Positions 33,738 through 43,394 are shown, numbered from the stretch's first letter. The stretch is 58,123 nt of DNA from an uncultured bacterium (GCA_903824855.1 CAIJYI010000022.1:1-58123); one strand, 5' to 3'. Translations and numbers: made by a program. The notes: generated by a model from the letters alone, not told the origin.

Positions 33738-34979
33738 ATGAAACAATCTCAACTTTTCACTAAAACACGCAAAGAAGCACCTAAGGACGAGGTATCCAAA
33801 AATGCCGAGCTTCTCATTCGTGCCGGGTATGTCCATAAGGAAATGGCGGGGGTTTATTCCTATCTTCCGCTTGGTCTTCGCGTTCTACGCAAAATCAAGA
33901 ATATTATCCGCGAAGAAATGGACGCTATTGGCGGACAAGAGATTGAGATGACGGCACTTCAAGAGAAAAGTCTCTGGGAAAAAACTGACCGTTGGGATGA
34001 TTCAAAAGTTGATAATTGGTTTAAAACAAAACTAAAAAACGGCAGCGAACTTGGTCTTGGCTTTACTCACGAAGAAGCAATTACCAATATCATGACGAAT
34101 CATATTTCGTCATACAAAGATTTGCCGATTTATGCCTATCAGATTCAAACAAAATTTCGCAATGAAGCGAGAGCAAAAAGCGGAATTATGCGCGGGCGTG
34201 AGTTCTCAATGAAAGACCTTTATTCCTTTAGTGCGACGCAGGAAGATCTCGATATCTTCTATGAAAAGGCAAAACAAGCCTATGTAAATATTTTTGAACG
34301 TGCAGGATTGGGAGACCGAACGTTTATCACGTTTGCGAGTGGCGGATCATTTTCAAAATATAGTCATGAATTTCAAACCTTATCCATAGCAGGGGAGGAT
34401 ACAATTTATCTTTCGAGAAAAAAGGGCATTGCCGTCAACAAAGAAGTTTTGAATGATGAAGTATTAAAAGATCTTGATTTATCGAGAGAGGAATTGGAAG
34501 AGGTTTCGTCTATTGAAACCGGTAATATTTTCAAACTTGGGACGCGATTTTCAGAACCGATAAATTTAACCTATAAAGACGAAAAAGGTCAGCCACACCC
34601 TGTAATAATGGGTTCATACGGAATTGGCCCCGGACGCCTCATGGGGACGATTGTGGAGTCATTTGCGGACGAAAAAGGCATTATCTGGCCCGAAAGTGTC
34701 GCTCCTTTTAAGGTTCATCTCATTGATATCCGTTCGAAGGAAGCATCAGACAAACTCTACGAAAAAATGTGTAAACTCGGTATCGAAGTTCTCTACGATG
34801 ACCGCGACCAAAGCGCAGGGGAGAAGTTCGGTGGGAGTGATTTGCTCGGCATTCCATACCGCGTTGTTGTTTCAGGAAAGACGATTAGTTCAGGGCAGTA
34901 TGAAGTGAAGGTGAGAAAAAATGGGGAAGTGCTCATGCTAACGGAATCCGAATTATTTGCAAAACTTCAAGGTAAATAA
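33738..34979 (+). CDS. proS: Proline--tRNA ligase, short form without the INS editing domain
   Basis: 413 aa; N-terminus aligns to bacterial ProRS (SQLFTKTRKE...LIRAGYV...GVYSYLPLG), class II motifs, anticodon-binding C-terminus. Confidence 0.85.
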   Translation: MKQSQLFTKTRKEAPKDEVSKNAELLIRAGYVHKEMAGVYSYLPLGLRVLRKIKNIIREEMDAIGGQEIEMTALQEKSLWEKTDRWDDSKVDNWFKTKLKNGSELGLGFTHEEAITNIMTNHISSYKDLPIYAYQIQTKFRNEARAKSGIMRGREFSMKDLYSFSATQEDLDIFYEKAKQAYVNIFERAGLGDRTFITFASGGSFSKYSHEFQTLSIAGEDTIYLSRKKGIAVNKEVLNDEVLKDLDLSREELEEVSSIETGNIFKLGTRFSEPINLTYKDEKGQPHPVIMGSYGIGPGRLMGTIVESFADEKGIIWPESVAPFKVHLIDIRSKEASDKLYEKMCKLGIEVLYDDRDQSAGEKFGGSDLLGIPYRVVVSGKTISSGQYEVKVRKNGEVLMLTESELFAKLQGK

Positions 34980-34992
34980 ATTTCTATAAAAA

Positions 34993-35022
34993 AACTCCGG
35001 CATAAAAACCGGAGTGTTTTTT
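34993..35022 (+). terminator. Intrinsic terminator of proS
   Basis: actccgg...ccggagt followed by a T-run. Confidence 0.8.
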
Positions 35023-35041
35023 GGTCGGCTATATCAGCCGA

Positions 35042-35341
35042 TTAAATTTTAAAAAAAATGAGTGAAGCAAAAATGAAGATTATCAGACCGCAGAAAATGC
35101 CGCCAAAGGCATATCGTGCTAATAATACTTTAAAAGTTTCATCCGATGGAGTATTGTTATCCATCCAAAAATACGTAAAAATGGGAGCTACTAATGCAAT
35201 ATATTGAGGATGCATTTTTGATATTATTTCAGCCGGAACGATTTGCAAATCAACGCCTGACTTGTAGGCGATGATGGTAACAAGTGAGGAAACAGCTGCG
35301 GCAAAAATGGCCAATACATTAATTTTTAATTTAAGTTTCAT
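35042..35341 (-). CDS. Small membrane protein, unknown function
   Basis: 99 aa, 3 predicted TM segments; SD aaaggagg. Confidence 0.55.
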   Translation of the reverse strand: MKLKLKINVLAIFAAAVSSLVTIIAYKSGVDLQIVPAEIISKMHPQYIALVAPIFTYFWMDNNTPSDETFKVLLARYAFGGIFCGLIIFIFASLIFFKI

Positions 35342-35526
35342 TGGTACCTCCTTTCAGTACGATGTAAAAACTAGCTCTGATTTTTATATTACTCATTTAT
35401 TTAAAATCTGTCAATGCTTTGTTCATCGACGCAAATATTATAAAAATATGATATTTTTCAACACAATATTGACTTCGGTCAAGTTTTGACGATAACAAAC
35501 CTTTGAAGTAGAATAGGGGTACTTCT

Positions 35527-36576
35527 ATGTTAAAAAAATTCAGAAAATTGTTTGATAATAATATTGGTATTGATCTCGGGACCGCCAATACTTTGGTCTA
35601 TGTGAGCGGCCACGGAATCATTATTAATGAACCCACCGTTGTTGCTGTGAATCAAAAAACAGGGCAAGTTGTGGCGGTAGGCCACGCGGCGAAGGAAATG
35701 CTCGGCAGAACGCCTTCACATATAGTCGCAGTCAGACCTCTTGTTGACGGCGTTATTTCAGACTTTGAAGTCACACAGGAATTGCTCAGTTATTTTATTA
35801 ACAAAGCTAATAAATTATCAAAAAAACTCGCTCGTCCACGAATTGTTATCGGTGTTCCTTCAGGAGTAACAAATGTAGAAACTCGCGCTGTTAAAGATGC
35901 GGCGAGAAATGCCGGTGCAAGGGAAGTCTACATCATCGAAGAACCAATGGCGGCGGCAATCGGAATACGGCTTCCTGTGAATGATCCGATTGGAAGTATG
36001 GTTGTCGACATCGGCGGTGGTACGACTGATATTGCGGTTATCTCACTCGGAGGAATTGTAAAATCAAAAAATCTTCGAATCGCGGGAGACAAACTAAACA
36101 GTGACATCATTTCATATATTCGAAACGAATTCAAAATTTTGACCGGTGAAAAAACTGCGGAAACCATAAAAATTAGTATCGGTTCCGTTATTAGAAATGA
36201 AATTCCTCTTGAAGCTCCGCTCCGCGGACGCGACCTTATTACAGGTCTTCCTCGGGAGGTTGTTATAACGGACTCAGACATTAGGGAGGCGATATCTCAA
36301 TCAATCGCAATGTTGATATCTTCCGTCAAAGAAGTTCTTGAAGAAACACCACCGGAAGTTTTGTCAGACATTATGAACCGAGGAATTATGTTGGTCGGTG
36401 GCGGAGCATTGATTCGAGGTCTCGATATAATCCTTTATGAGGAGCTTAGAATACCTATTCACATTGCCGATGATCCGTTAACCTGTATCGCGAGAGGCAC
36501 CGGCATAGTCGTTGAGAATATTAATTTATATAAAGAAGCTCTCATTTACGAGGATGACGAAGCACCACCTTCATAA
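35527..36576 (+). CDS. mreB: Rod shape-determining protein MreB (copy 2)
   Basis: GIDLGTANTLVY, DIGGGTTD; heads the mreC-mreD-PBP2 cluster. Confidence 0.92.
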   Translation: MLKKFRKLFDNNIGIDLGTANTLVYVSGHGIIINEPTVVAVNQKTGQVVAVGHAAKEMLGRTPSHIVAVRPLVDGVISDFEVTQELLSYFINKANKLSKKLARPRIVIGVPSGVTNVETRAVKDAARNAGAREVYIIEEPMAAAIGIRLPVNDPIGSMVVDIGGGTTDIAVISLGGIVKSKNLRIAGDKLNSDIISYIRNEFKILTGEKTAETIKISIGSVIRNEIPLEAPLRGRDLITGLPREVVITDSDIREAISQSIAMLISSVKEVLEETPPEVLSDIMNRGIMLVGGGALIRGLDIILYEELRIPIHIADDPLTCIARGTGIVVENINLYKEALIYEDDEAPPS

Positions 36577-36586
36577 AAATTACGCG

Positions 36587-37384
36587 ATGGTATATAAATC
36601 ATTTCAACCAAAAAAAGAAAAAAAGGGTGTAAAAAAATTCGCTATTTTTATTGCCGTTTTTTTGCTCGCAATTTTAACTATCTTTCCGTCAATTTTTAGG
36701 GGATTTTCGGCGTCTGCAAATAATGGAAGTGTTCCTTTTTTGATATTTGGAAATAATGTAGCCTCAAGTTTTTCGGGAGTCGCTTTCTATTTTAAATCCA
36801 GGCAGTCACTACTTGATGAAAACAAAGCTCTATCAGTAAAATTATCTAAGATGGAAGCTGAACTTTCGGGATTTGATTTTGTTGTTCAAGAAAATCTTGA
36901 GCTCAAAAAAAATCTGAAGGAAAATGTGGGGAAAAATATTTTTGCACAAGTAATAGCTCGTCCGAATGTGACGGCCTATGATACCTTTCTTCTTGATGCG
37001 GGAACAAAGAAGGGAGTAAAAATAAATTCAAAAATTCTTACCGACGGTATTTTTGCGATAGGTATTATTGATGAGGCATATGCCGATTCTTCAAAAGCGA
37101 GGCTCTATTCAACGTCCGGACAAATTACGAATGTACTTATCGGACCGAACAATATCCCCGTCGAAATACACGGCCTTGGTGGAGGTTCTTTTTCAGCCGA
37201 AGTTCCAAACAGTGTCGACATTCAGATAGGCGATGCTGTTATTTTAGCAGAAAGCTCGAATAGTATTATTGCAATTGTTCGCTCTGAGGAAAAAACAAAC
37301 GTCGATTCATTCCGAAAATTTTATTTGCAAAGCCCCGCGTCACTTTTTTCGCTGAAGTATGTTGAGATTGAGAATACAAAATAA
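36587..37384 (+). CDS. mreC: Rod shape-determining protein MreC
   Basis: N-terminal TM, coiled coil, beta-rich C-terminus; position after mreB; ATG 36587 preferred over the overlapping upstream start. Confidence 0.7.
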   Translation: MVYKSFQPKKEKKGVKKFAIFIAVFLLAILTIFPSIFRGFSASANNGSVPFLIFGNNVASSFSGVAFYFKSRQSLLDENKALSVKLSKMEAELSGFDFVVQENLELKKNLKENVGKNIFAQVIARPNVTAYDTFLLDAGTKKGVKINSKILTDGIFAIGIIDEAYADSSKARLYSTSGQITNVLIGPNNIPVEIHGLGGGSFSAEVPNSVDIQIGDAVILAESSNSIIAIVRSEEKTNVDSFRKFYLQSPASLFSLKYVEIENTK

Positions 37385-37407
37385 TAATTATTTAAACAGA
37401 CATCATT

Positions 37408-37704
37408 ATGATAGCCGATGATTTCCAGCATCAATCTCTTATGAAACGTTGCGTGCTTCTCGTCGCGCTTTTTATTTCGGTTTTATATTTCCCTTGGTGG
37501 TGCTTTGTTATGGTAACTATAGTTGGTGGATTGTTGTTTAAGAACTACTTTGAATCATTTATCGCGGGCCTTTTTATGGATGCCTTCTATGGAACGAATG
37601 CCGTTTCTTTTCATAATTTTTTTCTTTTTTTTTCACTTTTATCCTTGGTAGTACTTCTCATTACAGCTATTCTTAAAGAGAAAATTCGTTTTCTTCAAAA
37701 ATGA
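37408..37704 (+). CDS. mreD: Probable MreD (small polytopic membrane protein)
   Basis: 98 aa, hydrophobic; located between mreC and PBP2; overlaps the PBP2 start. Confidence 0.5.
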   Translation: MIADDFQHQSLMKRCVLLVALFISVLYFPWWCFVMVTIVGGLLFKNYFESFIAGLFMDAFYGTNAVSFHNFFLFFSLLSLVVLLITAILKEKIRFLQK

Positions 37705-39437
37705 TGTTTAGATTTAAACGAAATAGAAATACAGAGATAGACCCTAATGAGATTTTTTTGGATTCCAGAAATCTCCCTAATTTTAACGTACAACAATTTG
37801 AGGGTCGCATTGAAAAAACTCTTCCAAAATATACCGTCGTATCTCTCGGGATATTTTTTGTTATAGTACAGGCTATATTTCTTTGGAAAGTTTGGACACT
37901 ACAAATTTTACAAGGAAGTGATCTGAAAAAGAGAGCAGAAAATAATCGATTGGAGCAATCGACAATTTTTGGAGACAGGGGAATTATTTACGATAAAAAT
38001 AAAGTTCCGCTCGCGTGGAATGTTTTATCGGATAACGTGCAGCTCTGGGAAAATGCCACGACGACAAACGGTGCAAGTGACGCGCTTAATGATTTCTCAT
38101 TAAGAAAATATATTGATTCACCGGGATTCAGTCACATTCTCGGATACATCAGTTATCCGGCAAAAGACAGCTCCGGATATTATTATACGACTGAATATGG
38201 AGGAAAGGATGGCGTTGAAAAAATATATAACACTTCACTTAATGGAACTACCGGCATTAAAATTCAGGAGGTTGATGCATTGTCAAAGGTTCACTCAGAA
38301 AGTGTAATTGAACAACCAATAAACGGGAATGACTTAAACTTAACAATAGATTCTCGTGTACAAAAAGAATTATATAAGGTTATTTCTGATGCCGCGATAA
38401 GTTCAGGATTCCGCGCCGGGGCGGCTGTTATTATGGATGTAAAAACAGGCGAGATTCTTGCCATGACAAGTTATCCTGAATATTCATCACAAGTACTTAC
38501 CGATGGTTCAGATCGTAAAACAATAGCGAGTTATCGAACGAATACAGGAACACCGTATTTGGACAGAGCTGTTTCTGGTTTATATACTCCGGGATCTATC
38601 GTCAAACCATTCATGGCAATAGCCGCCTTGGATCTTGGGATTATTTCTCCTGAGAAAAAAATCTTAAGTACCGGTTCAATTTCAATTCCCAATCCGTATT
38701 TTCCCGATCAACCATCCGTATTTAAGGACTGGAAAGCTCATGGCTGGGTTGATATGAGAGATGCGATTGCTGTTTCTTCGGACGTATATTTCTACGCGAT
38801 TGGCGGCGGATATAAAGATCAAAAGGGAATCGGTATCGCAAATATAGATAAGTATATGAGAATGTTCGGGTTTGGCAGTAAAACAGGAATAGATGTTGAA
38901 GGTGAGGCAGAGGGCTCAATTCCAACCCCTGAATGGAAAGAGAAAAATTTCGCTGATGGAACGTGGCTCCTTGGTGATACCTATCATACCGCAATCGGTC
39001 AGTATGGATTCCAGGTTTCCCCAATTCAAGCCGTTCATGCGGTTTCCTCAATTGCGACAAAAGGCACATTAGTTACTCCTCATATCGTAATGAATTCGGT
39101 CATACAAAAAAAAGAACTTACAAATATTTCATCATCATATTTTGAGGTTGCCGGAGAGGGGATGCGCAGAGGAGTTCTCTATGGTATTGCCGGCGCACTT
39201 AATGTTCGCACCGTTAATATTGCCGCAAAAACAGGAACAGCTGAGCTCGGAGTAAAAAAAGATATGGTCAATTCGTGGATTACGGGATTCTTCCCTTATG
39301 AAAATCCGCGTTACGCTTTTGCCTTGGTCATGGAACGCGGACCTGTAAAATATACACAAGGAGCCCCCGCCACGATGAGATTGATGATTGATTGGATGGG
39401 AATCTACACGCCGGAGTATTTCAAGACGACTAAGTAA
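37701..39437 (+). CDS. mrdA: Penicillin-binding protein 2 (class B transpeptidase)
   Basis: 578 aa; SIVK (SxxK) and KTGTA motifs, N-terminal TM. Confidence 0.88.
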   Translation: MMFRFKRNRNTEIDPNEIFLDSRNLPNFNVQQFEGRIEKTLPKYTVVSLGIFFVIVQAIFLWKVWTLQILQGSDLKKRAENNRLEQSTIFGDRGIIYDKNKVPLAWNVLSDNVQLWENATTTNGASDALNDFSLRKYIDSPGFSHILGYISYPAKDSSGYYYTTEYGGKDGVEKIYNTSLNGTTGIKIQEVDALSKVHSESVIEQPINGNDLNLTIDSRVQKELYKVISDAAISSGFRAGAAVIMDVKTGEILAMTSYPEYSSQVLTDGSDRKTIASYRTNTGTPYLDRAVSGLYTPGSIVKPFMAIAALDLGIISPEKKILSTGSISIPNPYFPDQPSVFKDWKAHGWVDMRDAIAVSSDVYFYAIGGGYKDQKGIGIANIDKYMRMFGFGSKTGIDVEGEAEGSIPTPEWKEKNFADGTWLLGDTYHTAIGQYGFQVSPIQAVHAVSSIATKGTLVTPHIVMNSVIQKKELTNISSSYFEVAGEGMRRGVLYGIAGALNVRTVNIAAKTGTAELGVKKDMVNSWITGFFPYENPRYAFALVMERGPVKYTQGAPATMRLMIDWMGIYTPEYFKTTK

Positions 39438-39443
39438 AAATTT

Positions 39444-39481
39444 AATAGATACTTGACAATCTATCATTTGCTGTGTTATTC
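39444..39481 (+). promoter_or_regulatory. Promoter with AATAGATA / ATCTAT inverted motif bracketing the -35 TTGACA
   Basis: AATAGATA at 39444-51, TTGACA at 39453-58, ATCTAT at 39459-64; weak -10 (TTATTC); SD agaggag before ATG 39510. Confidence 0.5.
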
Positions 39482-39509
39482 TTAATTCAGAAAAAAGAGG
39501 AGCCATAAA

Positions 39510-39761
39510 ATGAGAAAGAAAAGGTACAAAGGAAAAAGAGATTCGGTTTCTTTATATAAAACCTTGCTTGAAGCTGAACGACTTATTGCGAGCCAGGACA
39601 AATATCAACAATCGACCGGCGAGACACTTAAACGACTCATGCTTAAACTTATAGCAAAGAGAAAGCAAGAAGCAGAGGAAGCCGAGAAAAAAGCGATTGA
39701 TGATAAATATAAAAAGACCGGTCCTTATACGCATGCACAAGCAACTGCACCTAAAGATTAG
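39510..39761 (+). CDS. 83-aa basic, helical protein, unknown function
   Basis: Strong SD; K/R/E-rich sequence; own terminator. Confidence 0.6.
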   Translation: MRKKRYKGKRDSVSLYKTLLEAERLIASQDKYQQSTGETLKRLMLKLIAKRKQEAEEAEKKAIDDKYKKTGPYTHAQATAPKD

Positions 39762-39766
39762 AAACC

Positions 39767-39799
39767 ATACTCCGACTATTTAGTCGGAGTATTTTTTTT
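39767..39799 (+). terminator. Intrinsic terminator
   Basis: actccgacta/tagtcggagt followed by a T8 run. Confidence 0.85.
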
Positions 39800-39834
39800 A
39801 ATAGATAGCTATACTTGACGATATCTATTATAAC
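39800..39834 (+). promoter_or_regulatory. Second AATAGATA / TATCTATT-bracketed TTGACG box
   Basis: AATAGATA at 39800-07, TTGACG at 39815-20, ATATCTATT at 39821-29; -10 unclear. Confidence 0.35.
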
Positions 39835-39842
39835 GTGTTGAA

Positions 39843-40001
39843 ATGCTAAAAAAGGCATTTTTGACCGAAATCGGAAAATCGTCAAAATTAAGAGGTTTGG
39901 GGTATAAAATAAGAGGATGTAAGTATCAACTATTTTTAACCACGAGCCGCACAAAAGGGCAGGAGAGTTTGAAAAAAAAATTATTGATCAAAATTTTATA
40001 A
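39843..40001 (+). CDS. Possible 52-aa basic ORF (weak)
   Basis: MLKKAFLTEIGKSSKLRGLGYKIRGCKYQLFLTTSRTKGQESLKKKLLIKIL; no SD; lies in an otherwise unassigned ~360-nt region. Confidence 0.2.
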   Translation: MLKKAFLTEIGKSSKLRGLGYKIRGCKYQLFLTTSRTKGQESLKKKLLIKIL

Positions 40002-40160
40002 CAAATATATATTTGCATAATTATTTATTACCCAAAAACTAATCCTTCCACACCTCGGGGAGTACACAGACAGGCCCATCCATAGCCATATTGATATTAT
40101 GTGAACGTCGCACAATATATCTTTTACGACATTGAGTAATTGCGATTCCTATAATTACTT

Positions 40161-40189
40161 ATAATAAAAGGCCGAGTAATCCCGACCTT
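40161..40189 (-). terminator. Intrinsic terminator of the 86-aa gene
   Basis: Minus strand aaggtcg...cggcctt (one G-U) followed by ttattat. Confidence 0.5.
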
Positions 40190-40222
40190 GAATAGTTGGC
40201 ACGCTTATAATCGTTCAGATTA

Positions 40223-40483
40223 TTATTTTCCCGTTATTACCGGTGCAATATTTTTCCATCCTTCCACTAATATGTTTTTCCAAATAAACGCCACTACCCC
40301 GCCTATATAGTCATTCCAAGTTTGTTTGATGAAGTTGATCATCCTTGTTAGGAATGCGCTGATTTGCGGATGAGAATCAATGAAGCCCCTTACGTCTAAT
40401 TTAAAATACCAGATGATGACGCAAAAAACCAAAAACAAAATTATCATGTGAATAAAACCACCTTCTGTTTTTTTTGATTTCAT
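40223..40483 (-). CDS. Small membrane protein, unknown function
   Basis: 86 aa, N-terminal TM; directly downstream of the M23 peptidase. Confidence 0.55.
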   Translation of the reverse strand: MKSKKTEGGFIHMIILFLVFCVIIWYFKLDVRGFIDSHPQISAFLTRMINFIKQTWNDYIGGVVAFIWKNILVEGWKNIAPVITGK

Positions 40484-40503
40484 ATGTATTTATTTTTATA
40501 AAT

Positions 40504-41919
40504 TTAAATTTTTGGAAGATATGCCTCGGGATCCAAATAGGCATTGGTAGCCGTCGGCAACGGCATGGTAAAGGTTCTACCTGAACATGCCTTACTCGGC
40601 AAAGTCCCAACCGTAACACCGTCTGATGCGAACAAGCTGATGTGAAGATGTGGACCTGTTGAATATCCGGTATTTCCACTATAGCCGAGAAGTTCTCCGG
40701 ATACGACACGTTGACCTTGGCTGACTTTAATTAATGAAAAGTGAGCCATAAGCGTGGTAAGACCGTTGTCGTGTTTAACGAGCACCCATTTTCCATAGGA
40801 GGCTTTGGGACAAGCGACGTCGGTATCTCCGGTTCCCTGAATGACACCCGACGCCGCTGCGGTGATTGGTGTACCTGAGTTTACACCGAGGTCCACACCG
40901 TTGTGAGTGCCTGATGCATAGAGCCGAACGGAATCTTTAGTAATTCCAAAATGTTGAGTTACACGAGGATTTGTAATCGGCCATGATAATATTTTACTTC
41001 CACTCGTTGGGATTTCATTGCCGGATAATTTCCTTGTCAGTTTTGATTCATAGTCAGAGAGTTCTTTCTCCAACATTTGTGCCTTGGCTTTGTTTATATC
41101 GAGAATCTTTTGGTAATCACTCTCGCGACTTTTTGTTAATTTTAGAAGATCGTTTTTTTCTTTCTTTGCATTATCAAGAAGCGTTTTTTGATCGGTCAAT
41201 GTTGATTGATAGTTGGCAAGATTTTTCTTTTCAATTTCAACTAAAGCTTTTTTATCAACGAGTGATTTTTTATAAGCCAAAAGCTCTGTTACACGATTAC
41301 TGACTTTTTCGCGAAGTGCCGTAAGCTGAATTCCTTCATCAAGAATTTCAGAAAGTTTACCGTTCGAAAGAACCATCTCCACGGTAGTTCTCGAATCTGA
41401 TTGATCGAGTGTTCGAAGCATTTCGGCCACGGATTTATTTATGAGAACGATCTTTTTTTCAGTATCGCCAATAGACATGTTCAAGCTCGTAAACTTAAGC
41501 ATTGAAGATTCGAGTTGTTTTTGAGTCAACTGGATACTCGTATTCATTTTTTGTCTGCTAATATCAAGCACCTTCACCGTATTCTGCAAAGTGACCGCCT
41601 CGGTGTGTGTGAAAGTAAGTTGCTTTTCGTAGGTATCAATTTGTTTCTTTAAATCAGTCAGCTCGGTGTTTTTTTCAGAGATTTTTTGATTGAGTTCTAC
41701 CTCGCTCGCATCTCCGGGCACTGTATTTGTGGAATCGGTGGCAGAAACTACATCAGTCGCAGAAGTCTCAGCAACTGCGTTCTGAATTGGAAAATTTAAA
41801 AATAAAAGAGAAAAGACAGAGAAAAATGCCGTAGATAATATGAACATTACCCTCCATTGTTTTTTTGTTTCTTTTTCTGATATTTTCGAATGAACCATTT
41901 CCCTGTTATTATTACGCAA
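40504..41919 (-). CDS. M23-family peptidoglycan metalloendopeptidase with long coiled-coil N-terminus (EnvC-like architecture)
   Basis: 471 aa; HNGVDLG and GYSTGPHLH zinc motifs; ~250 aa coiled coil. Confidence 0.85.
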   Translation of the reverse strand: MRNNNREMVHSKISEKETKKQWRVMFILSTAFFSVFSLLFLNFPIQNAVAETSATDVVSATDSTNTVPGDASEVELNQKISEKNTELTDLKKQIDTYEKQLTFTHTEAVTLQNTVKVLDISRQKMNTSIQLTQKQLESSMLKFTSLNMSIGDTEKKIVLINKSVAEMLRTLDQSDSRTTVEMVLSNGKLSEILDEGIQLTALREKVSNRVTELLAYKKSLVDKKALVEIEKKNLANYQSTLTDQKTLLDNAKKEKNDLLKLTKSRESDYQKILDINKAKAQMLEKELSDYESKLTRKLSGNEIPTSGSKILSWPITNPRVTQHFGITKDSVRLYASGTHNGVDLGVNSGTPITAAASGVIQGTGDTDVACPKASYGKWVLVKHDNGLTTLMAHFSLIKVSQGQRVVSGELLGYSGNTGYSTGPHLHISLFASDGVTVGTLPSKACSGRTFTMPLPTATNAYLDPEAYLPKI

Positions 41920-41941
41920 TATAATTGACGAATGTCAATCG

Positions 41942-43078
41942 CTATGTTTTATTGTGTTCAAGTGACGTGCGGAGTAGTTGTAGTGCTATTGATTGTGCCG
42001 CTGTTGCATTATGTTTTCCGAAAAGAAGGGCTGCATCCTCCATAGCTTTCCTCATTTTTGGATTTGTCATGTATCGGTCGATTTCAGCGACGAGAAGATG
42101 TGGAGTGAGATTCTGCTCCTCAATAACAATCGATGAACCGCTCCTTGCGTAATGAAAGGCGTTCTGCCTCTGGTGATCACCATTTGATTCCGTAATCGGA
42201 ATAACAATACTTCCCCTCCCCCAAGAGGCAATTTCAAAAATAGTGGAGCCCGCACGGGAAATAACTAAATCAGAAACACCCGCAGACATTCTGAGAGTTA
42301 GGTCATTAAGGTATGGATATGATTTATAACGATCTCGATTTGGGATTCCGCTGAGAATCGTTTCCAATCGGCTATCAATTTCATTTTTATTCAGATCGCC
42401 GACCTGATGAATTATTTGGTATTTTTCAAGAAGGTCCGGGAGGGCATCAAGTATTACATTATTGATGATTTGAGAACCCTGTGAACCGCCGAGTATTAAA
42501 ATAACAGGAATACCTTCTACGAGATTGAGATACTTGAAACTTCCTTGAGTGAGCGGCATCAAAATTTCTTTACGAATCGGATTGCCGGTGACTACGGTTT
42601 TATCTTTTGGAAAAAATTTAACGGCGTCCGAGTAAGAAACTGCGATATATTTAGCGAATTTTGAAGCCCACAGATTTACTCTTCCAGGTACTGTATCGGA
42701 TTCATGGATCATTACGGGAATGTTTAATAGCCGTGCTGCAAAGAGCGTTGGATAGCTTGCAAATCCGCCTTTCCCAAATACAACATCGGGATAAATTGAA
42801 AACAGTATTCTTAATGATTTAAGAATAGCAAAAAAAGTTACAAAAAGATCGGAGAAATTCTTTAAGGAAAAATATCCGCGACGCTTTCCTGTTTTAACCT
42901 CAATATAAGTTACATTATGGTTAAATAAAAGTTTTGCATCATACGGGGCGTTAGAAACAAAATAAATTTCGCTCGGTAAGAGATGTTCTTTTGTTTCAAT
43001 ATCTTGGATTGCTTCGACAACGGCGATTATGGGATAAAAATGTCCGCCTGATCCCCCGCCGGCAAATAGTATTTTCAT
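41942..43078 (-). CDS. murG: Lipid II synthase MurG (UDP-GlcNAc transferase)
   Basis: 378 aa; GGGSGGHFYP N-terminal motif, GT28 fold. Confidence 0.9.
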   Translation of the reverse strand: MKILFAGGGSGGHFYPIIAVVEAIQDIETKEHLLPSEIYFVSNAPYDAKLLFNHNVTYIEVKTGKRRGYFSLKNFSDLFVTFFAILKSLRILFSIYPDVVFGKGGFASYPTLFAARLLNIPVMIHESDTVPGRVNLWASKFAKYIAVSYSDAVKFFPKDKTVVTGNPIRKEILMPLTQGSFKYLNLVEGIPVILILGGSQGSQIINNVILDALPDLLEKYQIIHQVGDLNKNEIDSRLETILSGIPNRDRYKSYPYLNDLTLRMSAGVSDLVISRAGSTIFEIASWGRGSIVIPITESNGDHQRQNAFHYARSGSSIVIEEQNLTPHLLVAEIDRYMTNPKMRKAMEDAALLFGKHNATAAQSIALQLLRTSLEHNKT

Positions 43079-43182
43079 AGACTTATATTATAACCGATTT
43101 TCAATATTATTTCACACTTAAAAAGAGTAAAACTGGGGAAATATTAAATGAAATAAATGTTGACAAAACATATAAAAATCTG

Positions 43183-43394
43183 TACTCACTGAACCAGTGA
43201 GAAGGTGTTGCTTTTTACTGCTCTAGAAATTAAATGGTCATATTTCTTCGAGTCGTGCAAATACAAGGGCTGAGCAACCTCCCCATGGTTGAATTTACGG
43301 ACTAATAACCTCCGCAAATGGTACCCGCAATCATGATATTCTTTTAAAGAAACGGAAGAATATTTGGAAGCCCCACGATTGTGGGGCTTTTTTT
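43183..43394 (+). ncRNA. Candidate ~200-nt sRNA antisense to the ftsW-murG intergenic region
   Basis: Strong plus-strand terminator at 43369-43394 with no plus-strand gene upstream. TTGACA at 43160 (poor -10) or ATGAAA-17-TATAAA (43148-43176). Two AACCTCC motifs (43276, 43307). Confidence 0.35.
43369..43394 (+). terminator. Plus-strand intrinsic terminator (orphan)
   Basis: agccccac-gatt-gtggggct 8-bp stem followed by T7; on the minus strand no U-tract follows. Confidence 0.8.

Noticed and set aside
43160-43188. TTGACA at 43160 as a confident promoter for the sRNA candidate
   Set aside because: With a 17-nt spacer the -10 is TACTCA (2/6 match). The promoter is therefore uncertain and the sRNA call rests mainly on the orphan terminator.
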